Shown here: positions 10,566 through 20,577 of the stretch, in pieces | Layout of the letters: each line of letters begins with the position of its first letter | Numbering within the stretch: the first letter of the stretch is position 1 | NCBI GenBank assembly: GCA_965223345.1 | Contig: CBDCWG010000001.1 | Location: forward strand, 32,001 to 96,000 | DNA length: 64,000 nucleotides | Direction of reading: 5' to 3' | Origin: Nitrospinales bacterium | GTDB lineage: Bacteria; Nitrospinota; Nitrospinia; Nitrospinales; VA-1 | The notes under the pieces: model-generated | The model's database searches: none | What the model was told of the DNA's origin: nothing | What the model saw: the letters and a program-made list of their open reading frames with translations, nothing else | Made by a program: the position numbers and the translations under genes

Positions 10566-11972
10566 ATGAAAATTCTACTTGTTCAACCGTTTAAGGATGC
10601 CGGGCTGGCGAACGAATCCTGGCCTCCTATCGGATTGGGATACCTTGCCACAGCCGTTAGGAAAGCAGGGCATGAAGTCCAGATACTCGATTGCCTCAAG
10701 GATTGCAGGGATAATGACGATTTTGTCAAAGCTGTGAAAAAATACGATCCGCAAGTCATCGGTTACAATGTCTACTCGATTGCTGTGCCATTGATCAATG
10801 GCATGCTGGAGGCAGTTGCGAATGAATTGCCTGATGTGATCAGCGTCTGGGGTGGGCCGCATGTTTCATCGTTGCCGGATAGAATCTTAAAGGAAGCTCC
10901 ACTGGTTGATTTTGCCATTCAGGGAGAAGGTGAAGTGCCTCTGCCTCACCTTTTGAATTCCTTGGAGAGGGGCATTGAAGACTACGACCAGATACCCGGA
11001 TTGATCTACCGCGATGGGGACACGGTCAAAAAAAACGAATCGCATTTTCAGAAAAATATTGAAGAATACGGGTTTCCTGCTTGGGATCTGATTCAACCGA
11101 AAGAATATTTTCGTTATTTTGCAATGGGGCCGGACACCGTCCCGGTTTTTCTTTCAAGAGGCTGTCCCTTTCCCTGCACGTTCTGTGCGGCGATGGTGGT
11201 CACCGGCCGCTCCCTCCGCTGGCGCGGCTACGATCACATCTTCGAAGAGTTGCGGTTCTTGCAGAAGGAGTATGGCATCAAACGATTTGTTTTGGAGGAT
11301 GAAGGCACCGGTGTGGCGGAAAAATTTCTCCATAATTTCTGCAACAAGATCAAGGAATATGGGTTCAAGGGCAAATTCGCCATGGGGGTGGGCATGCGGC
11401 TCGACCAGTACAATGAAGAGTTATTGCGGGAAATGGCCGAGGCGGGTTTCGAAAAGCGCATCGTTTTGGGCATCGAATCGGGCAGCGAGCGGGTCCTGGC
11501 GAAGATGAAAAAAGACACGAACATTGCGCTCATCCGCGAAAAAGTAGAACTGATGGACCGCATGGGATATGAACCCAACGGGTATTTCATTGTGGGTTTT
11601 CCTACCGAGACCCCCGAGGAGATCGAAAAAACCGTACAACTGGCGCTCAGCCTGCCGATCCACGAAGCCAGTTTCACTGCATTTCAGCCTCTTCCCCATA
11701 CGCCAGCCACTGACGAGTTGATCGCGAATGGCGAGCTTCCGGCCGATTACGATTTCAGCAAACTCGTTCAGAATGGTGTGGCGTACGCTCCCAAGGGCAT
11801 GACCGTGCACCAGGTGGAAAAACTTCGTAAGCAGGCTTTGTTGAGATTCTACATGAGGCCGAAGATTCTCTTCAGATATTTCAAATCATTCACGAGCTTT
11901 AAGTATGCATTCAAGAAGTTCGTGGCTGTGTTCACCAAAGACAATGTGATCCCAGAACCTAACTGGACCTGA
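10566..11972 (+). CDS. B12-binding domain radical SAM protein
   Basis: PPIGLGYLA, WGGPHVS, QGEGE, SRGCPFPCTFC (CxxxCxxC), GIESGS; GAGGA RBS. Confidence 0.93.
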   Translation: MKILLVQPFKDAGLANESWPPIGLGYLATAVRKAGHEVQILDCLKDCRDNDDFVKAVKKYDPQVIGYNVYSIAVPLINGMLEAVANELPDVISVWGGPHVSSLPDRILKEAPLVDFAIQGEGEVPLPHLLNSLERGIEDYDQIPGLIYRDGDTVKKNESHFQKNIEEYGFPAWDLIQPKEYFRYFAMGPDTVPVFLSRGCPFPCTFCAAMVVTGRSLRWRGYDHIFEELRFLQKEYGIKRFVLEDEGTGVAEKFLHNFCNKIKEYGFKGKFAMGVGMRLDQYNEELLREMAEAGFEKRIVLGIESGSERVLAKMKKDTNIALIREKVELMDRMGYEPNGYFIVGFPTETPEEIEKTVQLALSLPIHEASFTAFQPLPHTPATDELIANGELPADYDFSKLVQNGVAYAPKGMTVHQVEKLRKQALLRFYMRPKILFRYFKSFTSFKYAFKKFVAVFTKDNVIPEPNWT

Positions 11973-11978
11973 GAATGC

Positions 11979-12017
11979 AGGCGTTCACGAGCGAGCCTCG
12001 GTCGCTCGTGAACGCCT
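11979..12017. terminator. 16-bp perfect inverted repeat between convergent genes, probable bidirectional terminator
   Basis: AGGCGTTCACGAGCGA-gcctcgg-TCGCTCGTGAACGCCT. Confidence 0.7.
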
Positions 12018-12026
12018 TGAGTTTTC

Positions 12027-12716
12027 TCAGAGTGTAGACTGCCTGCCAAAAAGATCCGCAGTGGAATCAGGAGGCAATTTTTTTGCCGCCACCATCTGGC
12101 CATGCGGTATGAATCCGAAATAAGTCCGGTTTTTTCGATATCCCACCGACTCAAACCCTTTCCTTTTGAGAATGTCCGCCAGGTTCTTGCGTGTGAAATA
12201 GCGAATGTGGGGAGACGCCGGGTAGAAATAATCGTCCAGGAATTTCAGGGAAATCAGCACCATCTTGGTGCGGGTGATTTCACTGGTGGCGAGCAGCAAA
12301 TGCCCCCCGGGTTTCAAAACCCGATACATTTCTTCAAGCAAAGTCTCAAGATCGAGAATGTGTTCCAGGACATCGGTCGCCGTGATGGTGTCAAAAAAAT
12401 CATCCGGATAAGGCAGCTTCCCATCCTCGGGCATCAGTTTGAAATCCAAAGCAGGGTACTGCGCTTGGGCTTTATCCAAGGCTGTTTCGCTGATGTCCAC
12501 CCCATGCACTGAATCGCATTGTTTCGCGATCAAGTTGAGAAACTGCCCGTCACCGCAGCCGAAATCCAATAGCCTGCCTTTCACATAGGGTGAGAAAAAA
12601 GCCATGTGGTGGTCGAAGTTTTCTTGCGTCCATTCTTCCGGATGCTCGTCGAACGCATTGACCTTGATATGTTCGTCGGCCCAGTATCGCTCGTAAAACG
12701 TTTTTGCATCTCCCAT
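12027..12716 (-). CDS. Class I SAM-dependent methyltransferase
   Basis: LLDFGCGDG, GVDIS, DVLEHI, RVLKPGG. Start moved to MGDAK at 12716 because the track extension overlaps the next gene. Confidence 0.9.
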   Translation of the reverse strand: MGDAKTFYERYWADEHIKVNAFDEHPEEWTQENFDHHMAFFSPYVKGRLLDFGCGDGQFLNLIAKQCDSVHGVDISETALDKAQAQYPALDFKLMPEDGKLPYPDDFFDTITATDVLEHILDLETLLEEMYRVLKPGGHLLLATSEITRTKMVLISLKFLDDYFYPASPHIRYFTRKNLADILKRKGFESVGYRKNRTYFGFIPHGQMVAAKKLPPDSTADLFGRQSTL

Positions 12717-12777
12717 ACCTGGTTTCGGACTCCATGCGTTGATGGTTGTTGACCCAGTACGATTCCCATCTGGGGAA

Positions 12778-14289
12778 TCAAGTCTGTACGGCTTTCCCCT
12801 GGTGCTTGGTGAGGTTGAACACGTGCTGGCGCACCCGGCGGATGGCGCGGCCGCCGTAGGTGAACAGGAACTGCCAGTCGGTTTTGCGTCTCGAGAGGAA
12901 TTTGAGCTGCCGGGATATGAACTTCGGATGGAAAGCGATGCCGTACATCTCCCGCACCGCCTCATAATACTCATCGTGCGGGATCGGGGTTTTGACGATC
13001 AGCTTGCTCATGTCGAACTCGTCGTAATCCTCGGCCAACAGCACGCCGCTGTCGATGCATTCCTGGTGATATGGCGTGAAATCGAGCGGCGTGCACAGCG
13101 TCACCTGCAGGGTGCGCGCCAGCCCCTTGAACATCAGTTTGCGCACCGAACGCACCGTTTGCTGAAGCTGCTCGCGCGTCTGCCAGTAATAGCCCACCAT
13201 GATCGTGAGATGCGGGAACAATCCGTACTTCGTGTAAAGCTTTAAGTTGTGCTCCGCATCCTCAACGCCGTAGCCTTTGTTGAGGCGCGCCAGCGTTTCC
13301 TCATCGCTCGCTTCAAGACCGATGAGGACGAAGCGGAAATTCGCTTTCGCCAGCAGCGCCACCGTTTCCTCGTCCAGATAACCGAAGCGGGTGTTGAAAC
13401 CGAAATAGCAGTCCTTCTTGTGCAGGCCGCGGTCGATGATGCCCTGGGCGAACTGTCTCGCTTCCGCGCCCCGGTACCAGACGCCCGAATCGTCAAAGAT
13501 CTCCCGCACCCCGTACTCTTCCACCAGCCGCTGGTACTCGTCCAGGCTCTTTTCCACCGACCGCATCGAGAACGTCAGATCCGGTCCGTTGTAGCGGCAG
13601 AACGTACATTTGCCGAACATGCAGTCGCGGATCACGCTGGTCGCGTAGGTGCCGGGGGTCTGCAAGTAATTGCCGTTCTCATAAGCGTAGTTTTTCCACT
13701 GCACCAGGTCGCGGTTCACATCCGGGGAGAGGTCCAGCGGTTCGATCTGCTTGAAATTGCCCGTGTCGTAAAATTCTTTCTCGTCCCTACGGATCGTGAG
13801 CCCTTCGATCGGGCAGTGCTCCCGCCAGTTGGCATGCTCGTCCAGGTAGGGGATGAGCTTGCGCAGCACGAAATCGATGTGGTTGCTGCGCAGCACGATG
13901 TCGGTGGCACTTTTTTCCAGCGTCTCCTGCGGGCGGCGCATCGAGTGGTAGCCGGTCATGATGACGATGCAGCCGGGAAGCTCCGATTTCAGCTTGTCCA
14001 CCACGCGCCAGTAAAACTTCATCACCGGAGTCGTGCTTTCGAACACCACCACATCCGGTTGCCAGGCGATCAGGTCGCGATACCACTGCTCGAACGTTTT
14101 TAGCTGCGCGTTGCCGTCGTCCCACAGAACGTCGTAGCCCAGCTCCTTAAGCCAGGAGGCGGCCTGCCCGTGCACCACCGGCAGCAGATAAGTCGGTTTT
14201 TTGAAGAACTGCACGTTGCGGTTCTGCGACACCATGGCCTTCTGGCCGTCGGCGTTGACGATGGGAGGGTAGGAGATGGCTATTTTCAT
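12778..14289 (-). CDS. B12-binding-type radical SAM protein
   Basis: RDCMFGKCTFC (Cx4Cx2C), EIFDDS, IGLEAS; N-terminal Rossmann-like domain with MTGYH. Confidence 0.88.
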   Translation of the reverse strand: MKIAISYPPIVNADGQKAMVSQNRNVQFFKKPTYLLPVVHGQAASWLKELGYDVLWDDGNAQLKTFEQWYRDLIAWQPDVVVFESTTPVMKFYWRVVDKLKSELPGCIVIMTGYHSMRRPQETLEKSATDIVLRSNHIDFVLRKLIPYLDEHANWREHCPIEGLTIRRDEKEFYDTGNFKQIEPLDLSPDVNRDLVQWKNYAYENGNYLQTPGTYATSVIRDCMFGKCTFCRYNGPDLTFSMRSVEKSLDEYQRLVEEYGVREIFDDSGVWYRGAEARQFAQGIIDRGLHKKDCYFGFNTRFGYLDEETVALLAKANFRFVLIGLEASDEETLARLNKGYGVEDAEHNLKLYTKYGLFPHLTIMVGYYWQTREQLQQTVRSVRKLMFKGLARTLQVTLCTPLDFTPYHQECIDSGVLLAEDYDEFDMSKLIVKTPIPHDEYYEAVREMYGIAFHPKFISRQLKFLSRRKTDWQFLFTYGGRAIRRVRQHVFNLTKHQGKAVQT

Positions 14290-14368
14290 CGGGATTTTGT
14301 TTTGAGTTCAAACATTCTGCGCGGCGTTCACTGTAACCCGGCTGCCCGCAGAGAGGAGACCGGCGGTT

Positions 14369-15010
14369 TTAAAAAAACGCCTCGGTGAAAATCTGGTTTC
14401 CGGAAACGCCACGCTCACGCAAAAGGTCGTACACGTCGTGGATCATGCTCTGGTTGCCGCAAAGATAATAGATGCTGGAATTGCACAGCTCTTTGTTTTT
14501 AAGGTAATCCGTCACCCGTCCCGCAAAGTCGCCGCCCGCTTCCCGCGACACGCAAAAAGTCAGCCGGGACGGGTCGTAATCGGAGAAGTCGTAGCGCTCG
14601 CTGAGCGTGCGAATGCCATTGATGATCTGATAATCGAGGCCCGGGAAGCTCTTGACGAAGGAATGAAACGGGGCGATTCCCGTTCCCGTGCCGATGAACA
14701 CAAACCTGCCGGTCGCCGCTTTTTCCGGCGCGAGCACAAACGACCCGTACGGGCCGAAGACCTCCACCTGCGAGTTCACCGCCACCCGCCGCAGGGCCGG
14801 CGACACCGCCCCGCCCGGCACTTCCTTGATGAGAAACTCCAGGTAGGCGTCGTCGAGGCCCGAATAGGTGGAGTATTCCCGGTTGACCCCGCTGCCCCTG
14901 AGTCCCAGGTTCACGCACTGTCCCGGCTTGAAGTCGAATCCGTTGCGTTCCAGTCTCAGCACATAGGCCGAGGGGGACAGGTTGCGAATCTGGACCACGT
15001 TGTGCAGCAA
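14369..15010 (-). CDS. FAD/NAD(P)H oxidoreductase, ferredoxin-NADP reductase family
   Basis: FKPGQ, REYS, GAVS, GTGTGIAPF, YLCG, terminal EAFF. Confidence 0.9.
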   Translation of the reverse strand: MLHNVVQIRNLSPSAYVLRLERNGFDFKPGQCVNLGLRGSGVNREYSTYSGLDDAYLEFLIKEVPGGAVSPALRRVAVNSQVEVFGPYGSFVLAPEKAATGRFVFIGTGTGIAPFHSFVKSFPGLDYQIINGIRTLSERYDFSDYDPSRLTFCVSREAGGDFAGRVTDYLKNKELCNSSIYYLCGNQSMIHDVYDLLRERGVSGNQIFTEAFF

Positions 15011-15039
15011 TGCTTCCTCTTGAAAAATTCAGTCGAGTT

Positions 15040-16038
15040 TCACCGGCCCAGAGAGCTTTTGAGCTCATTCAGCGTGAAACCCTGAACAAAACGCACGCCG
15101 TACCAGATGTGGGTCAAAACGATGTAAGGCAGCGCCCCCGCCGCCACGCTCAGGGTTTCGTGCCGCCGGATGTCTTTCCAGGAAACGGCCAGCGCGGCGA
15201 GATACAGCGCCCAGCCCGCAACATACAGCAATCCCGCCCATTTGGATAGCATGGAAAGAACCAACCCGACCACCACGAACCCCACCCACAGGGCGGGGAT
15301 GAAGTATTTCAAGCGGCGCGAGGTCTTGGGATAGCGTTTGGCGAAAAACCCCCGGTGCCGGCCGTAGTTTCCCACCTGCCGGAGATGCTTGGGCAGTCCC
15401 GAGCGGCGGTGATGCCAGACGATCAGGTCCGGGACGTAAACGATACGCGTTCCCGTGGTTTCCACCAGCTTCATGCAGAACAGCGTGTCCTCACCGGGCC
15501 AGTAGTCGGAGTCGAAGCCTCCCGCCTTGAGGAACAAGTCCTTGCGCACGATCAGGTTGACGCTCGGCCAGTCGTCCACCGTGTGGCCGGGCGGACAGGG
15601 GATGTAGCGCTCCGGGTTGCCGCCGGACGCCGGGCTCAGAAACACCGCTCCCGACACCCGCGCCCAGAACGGATCGTTTTTGGGCGTGATCGCCGGGCCG
15701 CCGATCGCCCCCACCGCGTCGCGCGCTCGAAACGTGTTGTTGGCCACGTCCAGCCAGTCCGACTGCGGGTAGGCGTCGTCGTCGATGAACGCCAGAAACT
15801 CCCCCTTTGCCTGTTCCGCGCCCCGGTCCCGCTTGATCGCCGGGTTCACTTCGCCGGTGGGTAAAAGCTGAATCGGTAAATCGGAAAAGCTTTGCGGCAC
15901 CACCGTAGGGCCGTCGGGCAGGAGGATCACTTCATAGTGTTTGAACGCAAGCCTGCGGATGTGTTCCAGGCATTCGTCGAGGTCCGCAGACCAGGACTTG
16001 AAAGGGATGATGATCGAAAATACCGGCGCTTCACTCAT
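15040..16038 (-). CDS. Glycosyltransferase family 2 with C-terminal TM helices
   Basis: SIIIP, AFIDDDA, GGFD, GEDT. Confidence 0.9.
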   Translation of the reverse strand: MSEAPVFSIIIPFKSWSADLDECLEHIRRLAFKHYEVILLPDGPTVVPQSFSDLPIQLLPTGEVNPAIKRDRGAEQAKGEFLAFIDDDAYPQSDWLDVANNTFRARDAVGAIGGPAITPKNDPFWARVSGAVFLSPASGGNPERYIPCPPGHTVDDWPSVNLIVRKDLFLKAGGFDSDYWPGEDTLFCMKLVETTGTRIVYVPDLIVWHHRRSGLPKHLRQVGNYGRHRGFFAKRYPKTSRRLKYFIPALWVGFVVVGLVLSMLSKWAGLLYVAGWALYLAALAVSWKDIRRHETLSVAAGALPYIVLTHIWYGVRFVQGFTLNELKSSLGR

Positions 16039-17020
16039 GCGTGAATCCGATGCGCTCCTGCACGATGTACAACGGACGGCGGACGACTTCCGTGTGGATG
16101 TGCCCGATGTAAAGCGCGATCATGCCCAGCGCCGCCAGCACGACGCCGAACAGCAGCGTGTTGAAGACCACGAAATAAGCCAGCGGTGTGTAGATGGCGC
16201 TGAAGGCGAATTGGGTGACGATCATATAAAACAACACCGAAAGGGACAGCGTGAGCACCAGAATCCCCAGCCAGCCGGTGATGCGCAACGGCAGCAGCGA
16301 AAAGGAAGTGAATGAGTTGACCGCAAGATTGACCAGATCGTGGAAGTTGAAGGCGGAATTGCCGTTGACCCGTGCCGGCGAGGAAAACGTGACGAAGGTT
16401 TTCCGGAATCCCATCCAATCGATGATGCCTCTGAAAAAGCGCGTCCGCTCCTCGAAGGTGCGCAACACTTTCAGCACCTCTTTGTCGAGCAGCCTGAAAT
16501 CCGTGACCTTCGCCTGCGTCTTCAGGTCCGAATAGCGGTTCAGCATGAAGTAGAACAGCTTGGCCCCGAGCTTGCGCATCCAGGAATACTGAATGGTGTT
16601 TCGTTTGGTGGCGACCACGTGGTAGCCCTTTTCCCACTGCGCCACCAGTTCTCCGATCAGAGACGGCGGGTGCTGCAGATCCGCGTCGATGCAGATCACC
16701 GCATCGACGTTGCCCACCGCCTCCACGCCTGCTGTCAGTGCGATCTCCTTGCCGAAGTTGCGGGACAAAGACACGCCCTTGATGCGTGGGTCGAAACGGG
16801 CCAGATCCTCGATCACCTCCCAGGAACCGTCGGTGCTGCCGTCGTCGACGAACAGAATTTCCCAGAAATAGGAATCCAATCGTTCCAGGTGCTGATTGAG
16901 TTCGTCGAAAAACGGTTTCAGGTTTTGCGATTCGTTGTAGGCAGGGACGATGACCGCGATTTTCGCCTTGCGGTTTTCGGGTTTGGAATGGGGAATGGAT
17001 CTTTCCTGAATCGTATCCAA
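16031..17020 (-). CDS. Polyprenol-phosphate glycosyltransferase (GtrB/ArnC-like GT2)
   Basis: VPAYNE, VDDGSTD, SRNFGKEIALTAG, DADLQHPP, DFRLLD, two C-terminal TMs; TTG start at 17020 behind GGAGGAG. Confidence 0.92.
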   Translation of the reverse strand: MDTIQERSIPHSKPENRKAKIAVIVPAYNESQNLKPFFDELNQHLERLDSYFWEILFVDDGSTDGSWEVIEDLARFDPRIKGVSLSRNFGKEIALTAGVEAVGNVDAVICIDADLQHPPSLIGELVAQWEKGYHVVATKRNTIQYSWMRKLGAKLFYFMLNRYSDLKTQAKVTDFRLLDKEVLKVLRTFEERTRFFRGIIDWMGFRKTFVTFSSPARVNGNSAFNFHDLVNLAVNSFTSFSLLPLRITGWLGILVLTLSLSVLFYMIVTQFAFSAIYTPLAYFVVFNTLLFGVVLAALGMIALYIGHIHTEVVRRPLYIVQERIGFTHE

Positions 17021-17384
17021 GCGGGTCTCCTCCGATATTGGGCTCGCGCACCGCCCGCGGGCGGCGGGATCGAAACAAACAAAGCGCCGGGGCCCCTCCA
17101 AAAACCCAGGCAACGTCTTCTTGAATTTTTCGGGTGCCAAAAAAAGAAACTTGATACTTCGGCGCTTATTTTATGCGAATCCCGGTGTCCTGTAAATGAC
17201 CCTGATCGCATTTCACTCAGTTTTTTAAATGTGCAGAGTTTTTGAGTTTTAAAAGACGCCGGCCCAAACCGGGATGAAAAAAATCCACCTGCATTTTTCG
17301 GTTCAGGATTTTTAAAAACACCCGATCTGTTTAACAGGAAGGGTAACAACCTCAATCGATTTCAGAACTGTTTTTACCGACAGG

Positions 17385-18755
17385 ATGCGTATGAATTCGT
17401 TGCGCGTTTCCCAATTCGCCCTATCCGGAGGCAGGCGGGTTTTCCGGTCGATCACCCATTCCGCTTCCCGGATCAAGCCCTTGTTGAACTGGATCGACCC
17501 CGGATTGCGTTCGCGGTTGAAGCGCGGCTTCACCGACTGGGTGTTCGACAATTTCTACCGCCGCGGCGGCCAGGCGAAAGAAAAGTCCTTTCCTCTCAAT
17601 CAGTCCGATCAAGACCGCACGTTGCGCCAACAGGGTTCGCACCTACTTCCCGGCGTCAACCTGATCGGGTTTCCCCGCGTCCGCATCGGAGACGGCGAGT
17701 TCCTGCGCCAGACCGCGCTCAGCTTCCACGCGGCGAACGTCGCATTTTCCCTGCTGGAATTTCCCTGTGCGCTTCCCGTCGATGCCGGCGACGAACGCTT
17801 CAAAGATCATCTGCGCGCCGACAACCCGTATGATATCAATATCTTCTATTTAAAGCCGGATCAGTTGCCCGGCGCCGTCGTGCAGCTGGGTGAATCCTGC
17901 ATCCGCGATCGCTACAACATCGGCTACTGGACCTGGGAGCTTGCCGAGTTCCCCGATGCCTGGTGCAAGTCTCTGGATTTTCTCGACGAAGTCTGGTGTC
18001 CCTCCCGTTTCATCCAGTCGGCCATCGCGGCGAAAGCCGCCAACCCGGTGATCCACGCTCCGTTTCCGATCGAGATGGACCCGGCGCCGTCGGCCTGGAA
18101 CCGAAACCGGCTGGGTTTGCCTGAAGGTGTGTTCCTCTTCCTCTTTGCCTTTGATTTCAAGTCCGGTTTCGCCCGCAAGAACCCGCTCGCCTGCATCGAG
18201 GCGTTCAAAAAAGCCTTTCCCGGGAAAAGCCACCCCGTGGGTCTGGTGATCAAATCGATGGACGGAGCGCAATACCCGCAGCAATTGCTTGCGCTTGAAG
18301 AACAGGTCCGCAGCGATGCGAGAATCGTGCACATCGATCGATCGCTGCCCTGGCAGGGCATGGCCGGTCTGATGCGGCACTGCGACAGTTTCGTCTCCCT
18401 GCACCGCTCGGAAGGCATCGGCCTCGGCATGGCGCAGAGTATGCTGCTGGGAAAACCGGTGATCGCGACGAACTATTCCGGCAACACGGATTTCATGCAC
18501 GACGGCAACGCCTGTCTGGTGGATCACGAACTGGTGCCGGTGAAGGAAGGGGACTATCTCTTTGCAGCCGGCCAGGTGTGGGCGGAGCCGGATGTGGATC
18601 AGGCGGCGTGGTTCATGAAACGGCTGCTGGAGCAGGAATCGTTCCGGGAGTCCATCGCTCGCGAGGGCAGAGACACCCTGAGGTTGTATTACAACGCGCC
18701 CTTCATCGGGCAAAAGTACAAACGCCGCCTCGAGAACCTCGGGTTGCCCGTCTGA
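17385..18755 (+). CDS. Glycosyltransferase family 4
   Basis: IGYWTWEL, RKNP, SLHRSEGIGLGMAQSM, VIATNYSGN. Start may be 17391. Confidence 0.88.
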   Translation: MRMNSLRVSQFALSGGRRVFRSITHSASRIKPLLNWIDPGLRSRLKRGFTDWVFDNFYRRGGQAKEKSFPLNQSDQDRTLRQQGSHLLPGVNLIGFPRVRIGDGEFLRQTALSFHAANVAFSLLEFPCALPVDAGDERFKDHLRADNPYDINIFYLKPDQLPGAVVQLGESCIRDRYNIGYWTWELAEFPDAWCKSLDFLDEVWCPSRFIQSAIAAKAANPVIHAPFPIEMDPAPSAWNRNRLGLPEGVFLFLFAFDFKSGFARKNPLACIEAFKKAFPGKSHPVGLVIKSMDGAQYPQQLLALEEQVRSDARIVHIDRSLPWQGMAGLMRHCDSFVSLHRSEGIGLGMAQSMLLGKPVIATNYSGNTDFMHDGNACLVDHELVPVKEGDYLFAAGQVWAEPDVDQAAWFMKRLLEQESFRESIAREGRDTLRLYYNAPFIGQKYKRRLENLGLPV

Positions 18756-18777
18756 CGCATCCCCGCACGCCCCGCCT

Positions 18778-19671
18778 TCACTCCTTTTGTGAAACCCCCG
18801 ATTTCAGGCATAGGTCCAGCGCCTCCTGCCAGGACGGCAGGCGGACGCCGAACGCCCGTTCGAGTTTTTCGTTGCTGAGCACCGAATAGGGAGGGCGCAC
18901 CGCCGGCGTCGGAAACTCAGAGGTTGCGATCGGCACCACGCGCGGCGGCTTCGCAAGCTTGGATCCTTCAAGAATAGCCTTGGCGAATCCGTACCAGGTG
19001 GTTTGCCCAGCACAGGATAGATGGTAGGTTCCTGTTCGCTGTGCATCCGGGCGGGAGATTCCCTGCGGATACCAGCTGTTGAGGATTTGCAGCGTGGCTT
19101 CGGCGATCGAGCGGCACCAGGAGGGCGCGCCGGTCTGATCGTCCACCATGGTCAGCGTGTCGCGTTCCTCTGCCAGTTTGCGCACCAGCAGAAAAAAGTT
19201 TTTTCCCCGCCCGCCGTACACCCAGCTTGTGCGCAGGATCAGATGCGGGATTCCCGCCTGCCGCAACGCGTCCTCGCCGTCGCGTTTGCTGCTCCCGTAC
19301 ACGCTCTGCGGGTTGGTAGGGTCGTCTTCCACATACGGTCCCGTGCTTTTCAAGCCGTCGAACACGTAATCCGTCGAGAAATGCACCAGCGCCGCGTCGA
19401 GCGCCTTCGCCTCTTCGGCCATCACCGCCACCGCCGTCGCGTTCAACGCCTGCGCCTGCTCCGGCTCGCTCTCGGCGCGGTTCACATCCGTGTAGGCGGC
19501 GGCGTTGACGATGAGCTCCGGACGCATCCGCCGCAGAGTCTCGCGGATGGCATCCGGATTTGAAAGATCCAGCTCCTGCCTGCCGGTCGCCGCCGTTTCG
19601 CCCCAGTCGGGCAGAAGCCGCGCCAGCTCCCAGCCGATCTGTCCGTTTTTGCCGGTCAAAAGAACACGCAT
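18778..19671 (-). CDS. rfbD: dTDP-4-dehydrorhamnose reductase
   Basis: TGKNGQIG, NAAAYTDV, STDYVFDG, YGSSK, RTSWVY, RPPYS. Confidence 0.96.
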   Translation of the reverse strand: MRVLLTGKNGQIGWELARLLPDWGETAATGRQELDLSNPDAIRETLRRMRPELIVNAAAYTDVNRAESEPEQAQALNATAVAVMAEEAKALDAALVHFSTDYVFDGLKSTGPYVEDDPTNPQSVYGSSKRDGEDALRQAGIPHLILRTSWVYGGRGKNFFLLVRKLAEERDTLTMVDDQTGAPSWCRSIAEATLQILNSWYPQGISRPDAQRTGTYHLSCAGQTTWYGFAKAILEGSKLAKPPRVVPIATSEFPTPAVRPPYSVLSNEKLERAFGVRLPSWQEALDLCLKSGVSQKE

Positions 19672-19695
19672 AGATGGAATCGCACGAGTGAGCGT

Positions 19696-20577
19696 TCAGG
19701 GGCGGATGTGGCGGGCCAGGGACAGCAGGTATTTGCCGTAGCCGTTGTTTTTGAACGGCTGCGCCAGCGCTTCCAGTTGTTGCTGTGTGATCCGGCCGGT
19801 TCGATAGGCGATTTCCTCCGGACAACAGACCTTGAGCCCCTGCCGGTTCTCGATGGTTTCGATGAAATTGGCCGCCGCGAGCAGAGAATCGTGCGAGCCC
19901 GTGTCCAGCCAGGCGAACCCGCGCCCCATCTTCTCCAGACTCAACCGGTTTTTTTCCAGATAGGCCTTGTTGACATCGGTGATCTCCAGTTCCCCGCGCG
20001 CCGAGGGTTTGAGACCTGCCGCGATGTCCACCACGCTGTTGTCGTAAAAATACAAGCCGGTGATGGCGTAATTGGATTTGGGCTGTTTTGGTTTTTCTTC
20101 GATGCGGATCACGTTGCCGGCAGCGTCGAATTCGGGGATGCCGTAGTTTTCCGGATCGTTCACCCAATAGCCGAACACCGTGGCTCCCTCGTTGCGCTGG
20201 CGGGCTTTCTGCAACAGGCCGCTCAGGCCCTGGCCGTAGAACACGTTGTCTCCCAGGATCAGGCAGCAGCCGTCGTTGCCGATGAAATCGCGGCCGATGA
20301 GAAACGCCTGCGCCAGCCCTTCCGGAGCCGGCTGCACCGCGTAGTGGATGCGCAGGCCCCATTGCGACCCGTCTTTGAGCAGCGCTTCGAACAGGTGACG
20401 GTCCCCGGGCGTGGTGATGATCAGAACATCGCCGATGCCCGCCAGCATGAGCGTGCTCAGGGGATAGTAGATCATCGGCTTGTCGTAAAGCGGCATGAGC
20501 TGCTTGCTCACCACCTGGGTCAGTGGATACAGCCGCGTTCCCGATCCGCCCGCGAGTATGATTCCCTTTTCGATCAT
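19696..20577 (-). CDS. rfbA: Glucose-1-phosphate thymidylyltransferase
   Basis: [51 protein letters not shown] overlap with the rfbB stop. Confidence 0.97.
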   Translation of the reverse strand: MIEKGIILAGGSGTRLYPLTQVVSKQLMPLYDKPMIYYPLSTLMLAGIGDVLIITTPGDRHLFEALLKDGSQWGLRIHYAVQPAPEGLAQAFLIGRDFIGNDGCCLILGDNVFYGQGLSGLLQKARQRNEGATVFGYWVNDPENYGIPEFDAAGNVIRIEEKPKQPKSNYAITGLYFYDNSVVDIAAGLKPSARGELEITDVNKAYLEKNRLSLEKMGRGFAWLDTGSHDSLLAAANFIETIENRQGLKVCCPEEIAYRTGRITQQQLEALAQPFKNNGYGKYLLSLARHIRP

